A DNA stretch of 64,000 nt from Eledone cirrhosa (lineage: Eukaryota): positions 39,301-103,300 of the forward strand of contig CAXHJY010001429.1 of NCBI GenBank assembly GCA_964016885.1. The letters run 5' to 3'. The notes beneath the pieces are model-generated. The model saw only the letters and a program-made list of their open reading frames with translations. It was not told where the DNA came from and did not search any database. Numbering within the stretch: the stretch's first letter is position 1; the number at the start of each line of letters is the position of its first letter. Shown one piece after another: positions 1 through 12,000 of the stretch. The translations under genes were made by a program, and so were the position numbers.

Positions 1-227
1 CCCGCGATTGAAAAGGTAACTCCGCCGGCAAATCGTCATTTTTGGATTCGTTTTCTTCGAAGCACACCATTCGCCGGCGGACTTTGTTGACGTTTAACAC
101 GGTTTGGTTCCACAGCCACAACTATTGATTTTACGGAGATATCTTGCTGAAATTCACGCCGCACATAGCCAATGAGTGTCTGCACATGTACCAGTAATTA
201 CAGATCGATCCGACCACGGGCGGCCGG
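1..227. repeat. Representative consensus monomer (arbitrary phase), 227 bp, 49% GC
   Basis: Hand count gives C=60, G=52 and 20 CpG. One site each for FseI (ggccggcc, spanning the 227/228 junction), EcoRV (gatatc 138-143), BstBI (ttcgaa 56-61) and PciI (acatgt 184-189). Confidence 0.97.
21..81. repeat. Intra-monomer inverted repeat: 13-bp arms, 1 mismatch, 35-nt spacer, present in every unit
   Basis: The left arm is tccgccggcaaat (21-33). The right arm attcgccggcgga (69-81) has reverse complement tccgccggcgaat. Confidence 0.9.
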
Positions 228-455
228 CCCGCGATTGAAAAGGTAACTCCGCCGGCAAATCGTCATTTTTGGATTCGTTTTCTTCGAAGCACACCATTCG
301 CCGGCGGACTTTGTTGATCTTTTAACACGGTTTGGTTCCACAGCCACAACTATTGATTTTACGGAGATATCTTGCTGAAATTCACGCCACACATAGCCAA
401 TGAGTGTCTGCACATGTACCAGTAATTACAGATCGATCCGACCACGGGCGGCCGG
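228..455. repeat. 228-bp variant monomer (ttgaCGttt to ttgaTCTttt), first of nine copies
   Basis: The variant tct starts at 318, 1227, 3498, 12352, 16893, 20299, 24613, 40731 and 46180. Each coincides with a 71-aa frameshifted ORF in the track. Confidence 0.95.
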
Positions 456-3400
456 CCCGCGATTGAAAAGGTAACTCCGCCGGCAAATCGTCATTTTTGG
501 ATTCGTTTTCTTCGAAGCACACCATTCGCCGGCGGACTTTGTTGACGTTTAACACGGTTTGGTTCCACAGCCACAACTATTGATTTTACGGAGATATCTT
601 GCTGAAATTCACGCCACACATAGCCAATGAGTGTCTGCACATGTACCAGTAATTACAGATCGATCCGACCACGGGCGGCCGGCCCGCGATTGAAAAGGTA
701 ACTCCGCCGGCAAATCGTCATTTTTGGATTCGTTTTCTTCGAAGCACACCATTCGCCGGCGGACTTTGTTGACGTTTAACACGGTTTGGTTCCACAGCCA
801 CAACTATTGATTTTACGGAGATATCTTGCTGAAATTCACGCCGCACATAGCCAATGAGTGTCTGCACATGTACCAGTAATTACAGATCGATCCGACCACG
901 GGCGGCCGGTCCGCGATTGAAAAGGTAACTCCGCCGGCAAATCGTCATTTTTGGATTCGTTTTCTTCGAAGCACACCATTCGCCGGCGGACTTTGTTGAC
1001 GTTTAACACGGTTTGGTTCCACAGCCACAACTATTGATTTTACGGAGATATCTTGCTGAAATTCACGCCGCACATAGCCAATGAGTGTCTGCACATGTAC
1101 CAGTAATTACAGATCGATCCGACCACGGGCGGCCGGCCCGCGATTGAAAAGGTAACTCCGCCGGCAAATCGTCATTTTTGGATTCGTTTTCTTCGAAGCA
1201 CACCATTCGCCGGCGGACTTTGTTGATCTTTTAACACGGTTTGGTTCCACAGCCACAACTATTGATTTTACGGAGATATCTTGCTGAAATTCACGCCGCA
1301 CATAGCCAATGAGTGTCTGCACATGTACCAGTAATTACAGATCGATCCGACCACGGGCGGCCGGCCCGCGATTGAAAAGGTAACTCCGCCGGCAAATCGT
1401 CATTTTTGGATTCGTTTTCTTCGAAGCACACCATTCGCCGGCGGACTTTGTTGACGTTTAACACGGTTTGGTTCCACAGCCACAACTATTGATTTTACGG
1501 AGATATCTTGCTGAAATTCACGCCACACATAGCCAATGAGTGTCTGCACATGTACCAGTAATTACAGATCGATCCGACCACGGGCGGCCGGCCCGCGATT
1601 AAAAAGGTAACTCCGCCGGCAAATCGTCATTTTTGGATTCGTTTTCTTCGAAGCACACCATTCGCCGGCGGACTTTGTTGACGTTTAACACGGTTTGGTT
1701 CCACAGCCACAACTATTGATTTTACGGAGATATCTTGCTGAAATTCACGCCGCACATAGCCAATGAGTGTCTGCACATGTACCAGTAATTACAGATCGAT
1801 CCGACCACGGGCGGCCGGCCCGCGATTGAAAAGGTAACTCCGCCGGCAAATCGTCATTTTTGGATTCGTTTTCTTCGAAGCACACCATTCGCCGGCGGAC
1901 ATTGTTGACGTTTAACACGGTTTGGTTCCACAGCCACAACTATTGATTTTACGGAGATATCTTGCTGAAATTCACGCCACACATAGCCAATGAGTGTCTG
2001 CACATGTACCAGTAATTACAGATCGATCCGACCACGGGCGGCCGGCCCGCGATTGAAAAGGTAACTCCGCCGGCAAATCGTCATTTTTGGATTCGTTTTC
2101 TTCGAAGCACACCATTCGCCGGCGGACTTTGTTGACGTTTAACACGGTTTGGTTCCACAGCCACAACTATTGAATTTACGGAGATATCTTGCTGAAATTC
2201 ACGCCACACATAGCCAATGAGTGTCTGCACATGTACCAGTAATTACAGATCGATCCGACCACGGGCGGCCGGCCCGCGATTGAAAAGGTAACTCCGCCGG
2301 CAAATCGTCATTTTTGGATTCGTTTTCTTCGAAGCACACCATTCGCCGGCGGACTTTGTTGACGTTTAACACGGTTTGGTTCCACAGCCACAACTATTGA
2401 TTTTACGGAGATATCTTGCTGAAATTCACGCCGCACATAGCCAATGAGTGTCTGCACATGTACCAGTAATTACAGATCGATCCGACCACGGGCGGCCGGC
2501 CCGCGATTGAAAAGGTAACTCCGCCGGCAAATCGTCATTTTTGGATTCGTTTTCTTCGAAGCACACCATTCGCCGGCGGACTTTGTTGACGTTTAACACG
2601 GTTTGGTTCCACAGCCACAACTATTGATTTTACGGAGATATCTTGCTGAAATTCACGCCGCACATAGCCAATGAGTGTCTGCACATGTACCAGTAATTAC
2701 AGATCTATCCGACCACGGGCGGCCGGCCCGCGATTGAAAAGGTAACTCCGCCGGCAAATCGTCATTTTTGGATTCGTTTTCTTCGAAGCACACCATTCGC
2801 CGGCGGACTTTGTTGACGTTTAACACGGTTTGGTTCCACAGCCACAACTATTGATTTTACGGAGATATCTTGCTGAAATTCACGCCGCACATAGCCAATG
2901 AGTGTCTGCACATGTACCAGTAATTACAGATCGATCCGACCACGGGCGGCCGGTCCGCGATTGAAAAGGTAACTCCGCCGGCAAATCGTCATTTTTGGAT
3001 TCGTTTTCTTCGAAGCACACCATTCGCCGGCGGACTTTGTTGACGTTTAACACGGTTTGGTTCCACAGCCACAACTATTGAATTCACGGAGATATCTTGC
3101 TGAAATCCACGCCACACATAGCCAATGAGTGTCTGCACATGTACCAGTAATTACAGATCGATCCGACCACGGGCGGCCGGCCCGCGATTGAAAAGGTAAC
3201 TCCGCCGGCAAATCGTCATTTTTGGATTCGTTTTCTTCGAAGCACACCATTCGCCGGCGGACTTTGTTGACGTTTAACACGGTTTGGTTCCACAGCCACA
3301 ACTATTGATTTTACGGAGATATCTTGCTGAAATTCACGCCGCACATAGCCAATGAGTGTCTGCACATGTACCAGTAATTACAGATCGATCCGACCACGGG

Positions 3401-6400
3401 CGGCCGGCCCGCGATTGAAAAGGTAACTCCGCCGGCAAATCGTCATTTTTGGATTCGTTTTCTTCGAAGCACACCATTCGCCGGCGGACTTTGTTGATCT
3501 TTTAACACGGTTTGGTTCCACAGCCACAACTATTGATTTTACGGAGATATCTTGCTGAAATTCACGCCGCACATAGCCAATGAGTGTCTGCACATGTACC
3601 AGTAATTACAGATCGATCCGACCACGGGCGGCCGGCCCGCGATTGAAAAGGTAACTCCGCCGGCAAATCGTCATTTTTGGATTCGTTTTCTTCGAAGCAC
3701 ACCATTCGCCGGCGGACTTTGTTGACGTTTAACACGGTTTGGTTCCACAGCCACAACTATTGATTTTACGGAGATATCTTGCTGAAATTCACGCCACACA
3801 TAGCCAATGAGTGTCTGCACATGTACCAGTAATTACAGATCGATCCGACCACGGGCGGCCGGCCCGCGATTAAAAAGGTAACTCCGCCGGCAAATCGTCA
3901 TTTTTGGATTCGTTTTCTTCGAAGCACACCATTCGCCGGCGGACTTTGTTGACGTTTAACACGGTTTGGTTCCACAGCCACAACTATTGAATTTACGGAG
4001 ATATCTTGCTGAAATTCACGCCGCACATAGCCAATGAGTGTCTGCACATGTACCAGTAATTACAGATCGATCCGACCACGGGCGGCCGGCCCGCGATTGA
4101 AAAGGTAACTCCGCCGGCAAATCGTCATTTTTGGATTCGTTTTCTTCGAAGCACACCATTCGCCGGCGGACATTGTTGACGTTTAACACGGTTTGGTTCC
4201 ACAGCCACAACTATTGATTTTACGGAGATATCTTGCTGAAATTCACGCCACACATAGCCAATGAGTGTCTGCACATGTACCAGTAATTACAGATCGATCC
4301 GACCACGGGCGGCCGGCCCGCGATTGAAAAGGTAACTCCGCCGGCAAATCGTCATTTTTGGATTCGTTTTCTTCGAAGCACACCATTCGCCGGCGGACTT
4401 TGTTGACGTTTAACACGGTTTGGTTCCACAGCCACAACTATTGAATTTACGGAGATATCTTGCTGAAATTCACGCCACACATAGCCAATGAGTGTCTGCA
4501 CATGTACCAGTAATTACAGATCGATCCGACCACGGGCGGCCGGCCCGCGATTGAAAAGGTAACTCCGCCGGCAAATCGTCATTTTTGGATTCGTTTTCTT
4601 CGAAGCACACCATTCGCCGGCGGACTTTGTTGACGTTTAACACGGTTTGGTTCCACAGCCACAACTATTGATTTTACGGAGATATCTTGCTGAAATTCAC
4701 GCCGCACATAGCCAATGAGTGTCTGCACATGTACCAGTAATTACAGATCGATCCGACCACGGGCGGCCGGCCCGCGATTGAAAAGGTAACTCCGCCGGCA
4801 AATCGTCATTTTTGGATTCGTTTTCTTCGAAGCACACCATTCGCCGGCGGACTTTGTTGACGTTTAACACGGTTTGGTTCCACAGCCACAACTATTGATT
4901 TTACGGAGATATCTTGCTGAAATTCACGCCGCACATAGCCAATGAGTGTCTGCACATGTACCAGTAATTACAGATCGATCCGACCACGGGCGGCCGGCCC
5001 GCGATTGAAAAGGTAACTCCGCCGGCAAATCGTCATTTTTGGATTCGTTTTCTTCGAAGCACACCATTCGCCGGCGGACTTTGTTGACGTTTAACACGGT
5101 TTGGTTCCACAGCCACAACTATTGAATTCACGGAGATATCTTGCTGAAATTCACGCCACACATAGCCAATGAGTGTCTGCACATGTACCAGTAATTACAG
5201 ATCGATCCGACCACGGGCGGCCGGCCCGCGATTGAAAAGGTAACTCCGCCGGCAAATCGTCATTTTTGGATTCGTTTTCTTCGAAGCACACCATTCGCCG
5301 GCGGACTTTGTTGACGTTTAACACGGTTTGGTTCCACAGCCACAACTATTGATTTTACGGAGATATCTTGCTGAAATTCACGCCACACATAGCCAATGAG
5401 TGTCTGCACATGTACCAGTAATTACAGATCGATCCGACCACGGGCGGCCGGCCCGCGATTAAAAAGGTAACTCCGCCGGCAAATCGTCATTTTTGGATTC
5501 GTTTTCTTCGAAGCACACCATTCGCCGGCGGACTTTGTTGACGTTTAACACGGTTTGGTTCCACAGCCACAACTATTGAATTTACGGAGATATCTTGCTG
5601 AAATTCACGCCACACATAGCCAATGAGTGTCTGCACATGTACCAGTAATTACAGATCGATCTGACCACGGGCGGCCGGCCCGCGATTGAAAAGGTAACTC
5701 CGCCGGCAAATCGTCATTTTTGGATTCGTTTTCTTCGAAGCACACCATTCGCCGGCGGACTTTGTTGACGTTTAACACGGTTTGGTTCCACAGCCACAAC
5801 TATTGATTTTACGGAGATATCTTGCTGAAATTCACGCCGCACATAGCCAATGAGTGTCTGCACATGTACCAGTAATTACAGATCGATCCGACCACGGGCG
5901 GCCGGCCCGCGATTGAAAAGGTAACTCCGCCGGCAAATCGTCATTTTTGGATTCGTTTTCTTCGAAGCACACCATTCGCCGGCGGACATTGTTGACGTTT
6001 AACACGGTTTGGTTCCACAGCCACAACTATTGATTTTACGGAGATATCTTGCTGAAATTCACGCCACACATAGCCAATGAGTGTCTGCACATGTACCAGT
6101 AATTACAGATCGATCCGACCACGGGCGGCCGGCCCGCGATTGAAAAGGTAACTCCGCCGGCAAATCGTCATTTTTGGATTCGTTTTCTTCGAAGCACACC
6201 ATTCGCCGGCGGACTTTGTTGACGTTTAACACGGTTTGGTTCCACAGCCACAACTATTGATTTTACGGAGATATCTTGCTGAAATTCACGCCGCACATAG
6301 CCAATGAGTGTCTGCACATGTACCAGTAATTACAGATCGATCCGACCACGGGCGGCCGGCCCGCGATTGAAAAGGTAACTCCGCCGGCAAATCGTCATTT

Positions 6401-9009
6401 TTGGATTCGTTTTCTTCGAAGCACACCATTCGCCGGCGGACTTTGTTGACGTTTAACACGGTTTGGTTCCACAGCCACAACTATTGATTTTACGGAGATA
6501 TCTTGCTGAAATTCACGCCGCACATAGCCAATGAGTGTCTGCACATGTACCAGTAATTACAGATCGATCCGACCACGGGCGGCCGGCCCGCGATTGAAAA
6601 GGTAACTCCGCCGGCAAATCGTCATTTTTGGATTCGTTTTCTTCGAAGCACACCATTCGCCGGCGGACTTTGTTGACGTTTAACACGGTTTGGTTCCACA
6701 GCCACAACTATTGAATTCACGGAGATATCTTGCTGAAATTCACGCCACACATAGCCAATGAGTGTCTGCACATGTACCAGTAATTACAGATCGATCCGAC
6801 CACGGGCGGCCGGCCCGCGATTGAAAAGGTAACTCCGCCGGCAAATCGTCATTTTTGGATTCGTTTTCTTCGAAGCACACCATTCGCCGGCGGACTTTGT
6901 TGACGTTTAACACGGTTTGGTTCCACAGCCACAACTATTGATTTTACGGAGATATCTTGCTGAAATTCACGCCACACATAGCCAATGAGTGTCTGCACAT
7001 GTACCAGTAATTACAGATCGATCCGACCACGGGCGGCCGGCCCGCGATTAAAAAGGTAACTCCGCCGGCAAATCGTCATTTTTGGATTCGTTTTCTTCGA
7101 AGCACACCATTCGCCGGCGGACTTTGTTGACGTTTAACACGGTTTGGTTCCACAGCCACAACTATTGAATTTACGGAGATATCTTGCTGAAATTCACGCC
7201 ACACATAGCCAATGAGTGTCTGCACATGTACCAGTAATTACAGATCGATCTGACCACGGGCGGCCGGCCCGCGATTGAAAAGGTAACTCCGCCGGCAAAT
7301 CGTCATTTTTGGATTCGTTTTCTTCGAAGCACACCATTCGCCGGCGGACTTTGTTGACGTTTAACACGGTTTGGTTCCACAGCCACAACTATTGATTTTA
7401 CGGAGATATCTTGCTGAAATTCACGCCGCACATAGCCAATGAGTGTCTGCACATGTACCAGTAATTACAGATCGATCCGACCACGGGCGGCCGGCCCGCG
7501 ATTGAAAAGGTAACTCCGCCGGCAAATCGTCATTTTTGGATTCGTTTTCTTCGAAGCACACCATTCGCCGGCGGACATTGTTGACGTTTAACACGGTTTG
7601 GTTCCACAGCCACAACTATTGATTTTACGGAGATATCTTGCTGAAATTCACGCCACACATAGCCAATGAGTGTCTGCACATGTACCAGTAATTACAGATC
7701 GATCCGACCACGGGCGGCCGGCCCGCGATTGAAAAGGTAACTCCGCCGGCAAATCGTCATTTTTGGATTCGTTTTCTTCGAAGCACACCATTCGCCGGCG
7801 GACTTTGTTGACGTTTAACACGGTTTGGTTCCACAGCCACAACTATTGAATTTACGGAGATATCTTGCTGAAATTCACGCCACACATAGCCAATGAGTGT
7901 CTGCACATGTACCAGTAATTACAGATCGATCCGACCACGGGCGGCCGGCCCGCGATTGAAAAGGTAACTCCGCCGGCAAATCGTCATTTTTGGATTCGTT
8001 TTCTTCGAAGCACACCATTCGCCGGCGGACTTTGTTGACGTTTAACACGGTTTGGTTCCACAGCCACAACTATTGATTTTACGGAGATATCTTGCTGAAA
8101 TTCACGCCGCACATAGCCAATGAGTGTCTGCACATGTACCAGTAATTACAGATCGATCCGACCACGGGCGGCCGGCCCGCGATTGAAAAGGTAACTCCGC
8201 CGGCAAATCGTCATTTTTGGATTCGTTTTCTTCGAAGCACACCATTCGCCGGCGGACATTGTTGACGTTTAACACGGTTTGGTTCCACAGCCACAACTAT
8301 TGATTTTACGGAGATATCTTGCTGAAATTCACGCCACACATAGCCAATGAGTGTCTGCACATGTACCAGTAATTACAGATCGATCCGACCACGGGCGGCC
8401 GGCCCGCGATTAAAAAGGTAACTCCGCCGGCAAATCGTCATTTTTGGATTCGTTTTCTTCGAAGCACACCATTCGCCGGCGGACTTTGTTGACGTTTAAC
8501 ACGGTTTGGTTCCACAGCCACAACTATTGAATTTACGGAGATATCTTGCTGAAATTCACGCCACACATAGCCAATGAGTGTCTGCACATGTACCAGTAAT
8601 TACAGATCGATCTGACCACGGGCGGCCGGCCCGCGATTGAAAAGGTAACTCCGCCGGCAAATCGTCATTTTTGGATTCGTTTTCTTCGAAGCACACCATT
8701 CGCCGGCGGACTTTGTTGACGTTTAACACGGTTTGGTTCCACAGCCACAACTATTGATTTTACGGAGATATCTTGCTGAAATTCACGCCGCACATAGCCA
8801 ATGAGTGTCTGCACATGTACCAGTAATTACAGATCGATCCGACCACGGGCGGCCGGCCCGCGATTGAAAAGGTAACTCCGCCGGCAAATCGTCATTTTTG
8901 GATTCGTTTTCTTCGAAGCACACCATTCGCCGGCGGACATTGTTGACGTTTAACACGGTTTGGTTCCACAGCCACAACTATTGATTTTACGGAGATATCT
9001 TGCTGAAAT

Positions 9010-12000
9010 TCACGCCACACATAGCCAATGAGTGTCTGCACATGTACCAGTAATTACAGATCGATCCGACCACGGGCGGCCGGCCCGCGATTGAAAAGGT
9101 AACTCCGCCGGCAAATCGTCATTTTTGGATTCGTTTTCTTCGAAGCACACCATTCGCCGGCGGACTTTGTTGACGTTTAACACGGTTTGGTTCCACAGCC
9201 ACAACTATTGAATTTACGGAGATATCTTGCTGAAATTCACGCCACACATAGCCAATGAGTGTCTGCACATGTACCAGTAATTACAGATCGATCCGACCAC
9301 GGGCGGCCGGCCCGCGATTGAAAAGGTAACTCCGCCGGCAAATCGTCATTTTTGGATTCGTTTTCTTCGAAGCACACCATTCGCCGGCGGACTTTGTTGA
9401 CGTTTAACACGGTTTGGTTCCACAGCCACAACTATTGATTTTACGGAGATATCTTGCTGAAATTCACGCCGCACATAGCCAATGAGTGTCTGCACATGTA
9501 CCAGTAATTACAGATCGATCCGACCACGGGCGGCCGGCCCGCGATTGAAAAGGTAACTCCGCCGGCAAATCGTCATTTTTGGATTCGTTTTCTTCGAAGC
9601 ACACCATTCGCCGGCGGACTTTGTTGACGTTTAACACGGTTTGGTTCCACAGCCACAACTATTGATTTTACGGAGATATCTTGCTGAAATTCACGCCGCA
9701 CATAGCCAATGAGTGTCTGCACATGTACCAGTAATTACAGATCGATCCGACCACGGGCGGCCGGCCCGCGATTGAAAAGGTAACTCCGCCGGCAAATCGT
9801 CATTTTTGGATTCGTTTTCTTCGAAGCACACCATTCGCCGGCGGACTTTGTTGACGTTTAACACGGTTTGGTTCCACAGCCACAACTATTGAATTCACGG
9901 AGATATCTTGCTGAAATTCACGCCACACATAGCCAATGAGTGTCTGCACATGTACCAGTAATTACAGATCGATCCGACCACGGGCGGCCGGCCCGCGATT
10001 GAAAAGGTAACTCCGCCGGCAAATCGTCATTTTTGGATTCGTTTTCTTCGAAGCACACCATTCGCCGGCGGACTTTGTTGACGTTTAACACGGTTTGGTT
10101 CCACAGCCACAACTATTGATTTTACGGAGATATCTTGCTGAAATTCACGCCACACATAGCCAATGAGTGTCTGCACATGTACCAGTAATTACAGATCGAT
10201 CCGACCACGGGCGGCCGGCCCGCGATTAAAAAGGTAACTCCGCCGGCAAATCGTCATTTTTGGATTCGTTTTCTTCGAAGCACACCATTCGCCGGCGGAC
10301 TTTGTTGACGTTTAACACGGTTTGGTTCCACAGCCACAACTATTGAATTTACGGAGATATCTTGCTGAAATTCACGCCACACATAGCCAATGAGTGTCTG
10401 CACATGTACCAGTAATTACAGATCGATCTGACCACGGGCGGCCGGCCCGCGATTGAAAAGGTAACTCCGCCGGCAAATCGTCATTTTTGGATTCGTTTTC
10501 TTCGAAGCACACCATTCGCCGGCGGACTTTGTTGACGTTTAACACGGTTTGGTTCCACAGCCACAACTATTGATTTTACGGAGATATCTTGCTGAAATTC
10601 ACGCCGCACATAGCCAATGAGTGTCTGCACATGTACCAGTAATTACAGATCGATCCGACCACGGGCGGCCGGCCCGCGATTGAAAAGGTAACTCCGCCGG
10701 CAAATCGTCATTTTTGGATTCGTTTTCTTCGAAGCACACCATTCGCCGGCGGACATTGTTGACGTTTAACACGGTTTGGTTCCACAGCCACAACTATTGA
10801 TTTTACGGAGATATCTTGCTGAAATTCACGCCACACATAGCCAATGAGTGTCTGCACATGTACCAGTAATTACAGATCGATCCGACCACGGGCGGCCGGC
10901 CCGCGATTGAAAAGGTAACTCCGCAGGCAAATCGTCATTTTTGGATTCGTTTTCTTCGAAGCACACCATTCGCCGGCGGACTTTGTTGACGTTTAACACG
11001 GTTTGGTTCCACAGCCACAACTATTGAATTTACGGAGATATCTTGCTGAAATTCACGCCACACATAGCCAATGAGTGTCTGCACATGTACCAGTAATTAC
11101 AGATCGATCCGACCACGGGCGGCCGGCCCGCGATTGAAAAGGTAACTCCGCCGGCAAATCGTCATTTTTGGATTCGTTTTCTTCGAAGCACACCATTCGC
11201 CGGCGGACTTTGTTGACGTTTAACACGGTTTGGTTCCACAGCCACAACTATTGATTTTACGGAGATATCTTGCTGAAATTCACGCCGCACATAGCCAATG
11301 AGTGTCTGCACATGTACCAGTAATTACAGATCGATCCGACCACGGGCGGCCGGCCCGCGATTGAAAAGGTAACTCCGCCGGCAAATCGTCATTTTTGGAT
11401 TCGTTTTCTTCGAAGCACACCATTCGCCGGCGGACTTTGTTGACGTTTAACACGGTTTGGTTCCACAGCCACAACTATTGATTTTACGGAGATATCTTGC
11501 TGAAATTCACGCCGCACATAGCCAATGAGTGTCTGCACATGTACCAGTAATTACAGATCTATCCGACCACGGGCGGCCGGCCCGCGATTGAAAAGGTAAC
11601 TCCGCCGGCAAATCGTCATTTTTGGATTCGTTTTCTTCGAAGCACACCATTCGCCGGCGGACTTTGTTGACGTTTAACACGGTTTGGTTCCACAGCCACA
11701 ACTATTGATTTTACGGAGATATCTTGCTGAAATTCACGCCGCACATAGCCAATGAGTGTCTGCACATGTACCAGTAATTACAGATCGATCCGACCACGGG
11801 CGGCCGGTCCGCGATTGAAAAGGTAACTCCGCCGGCAAATCGTCATTTTTGGATTCGTTTTCTTCGAAGCACACCATTCGCCGGCGGACTTTGTTGACGT
11901 TTAACACGGTTTGGTTCCACAGCCACAACTATTGAATTCACGGAGATATCTTGCTGAAATTCACGCCACACATAGCCAATGAGTGTCTGCACATGTACCA

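Noticed and set aside
46-64. CENP-B box (TTCG-containing segments)
   Set aside because: The required TTCG....A..CGGG spacing is not present on either strand.
1-227. 5S rRNA, tRNA or U snRNA tandem gene array
   Set aside because: I recognise no 5S, tRNA cloverleaf, A/B-box or U1-U6 sequence on either strand by eye. An Rfam scan would be the formal test.
204-242. Repeated 39-nt in-frame exon (ttacag|ATC...AAG|gtaact, IDPTTGGRPAIEK)
   Set aside because: There is no polypyrimidine tract. About 9 variants fall in these 39 nt and 7 are non-synonymous, so no coding constraint is visible.
94-246. piggyBac/MITE-like ends (TTAA-cacgg... and ...aaaagg-taa) or a Helitron 3' hairpin
   Set aside because: The two ends are not inverted repeats of each other, the right TTAA is incomplete, and no CTRR terminus follows the GC hairpin. 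A TE origin is unsupported without a database hit.
198-413. 71-aa ORF (MQTLIG...) and the 84-aa ORF at 3047-3301
   Set aside because: These appear only where the +1 indel or a single stop-loss SNP joins frames across units.
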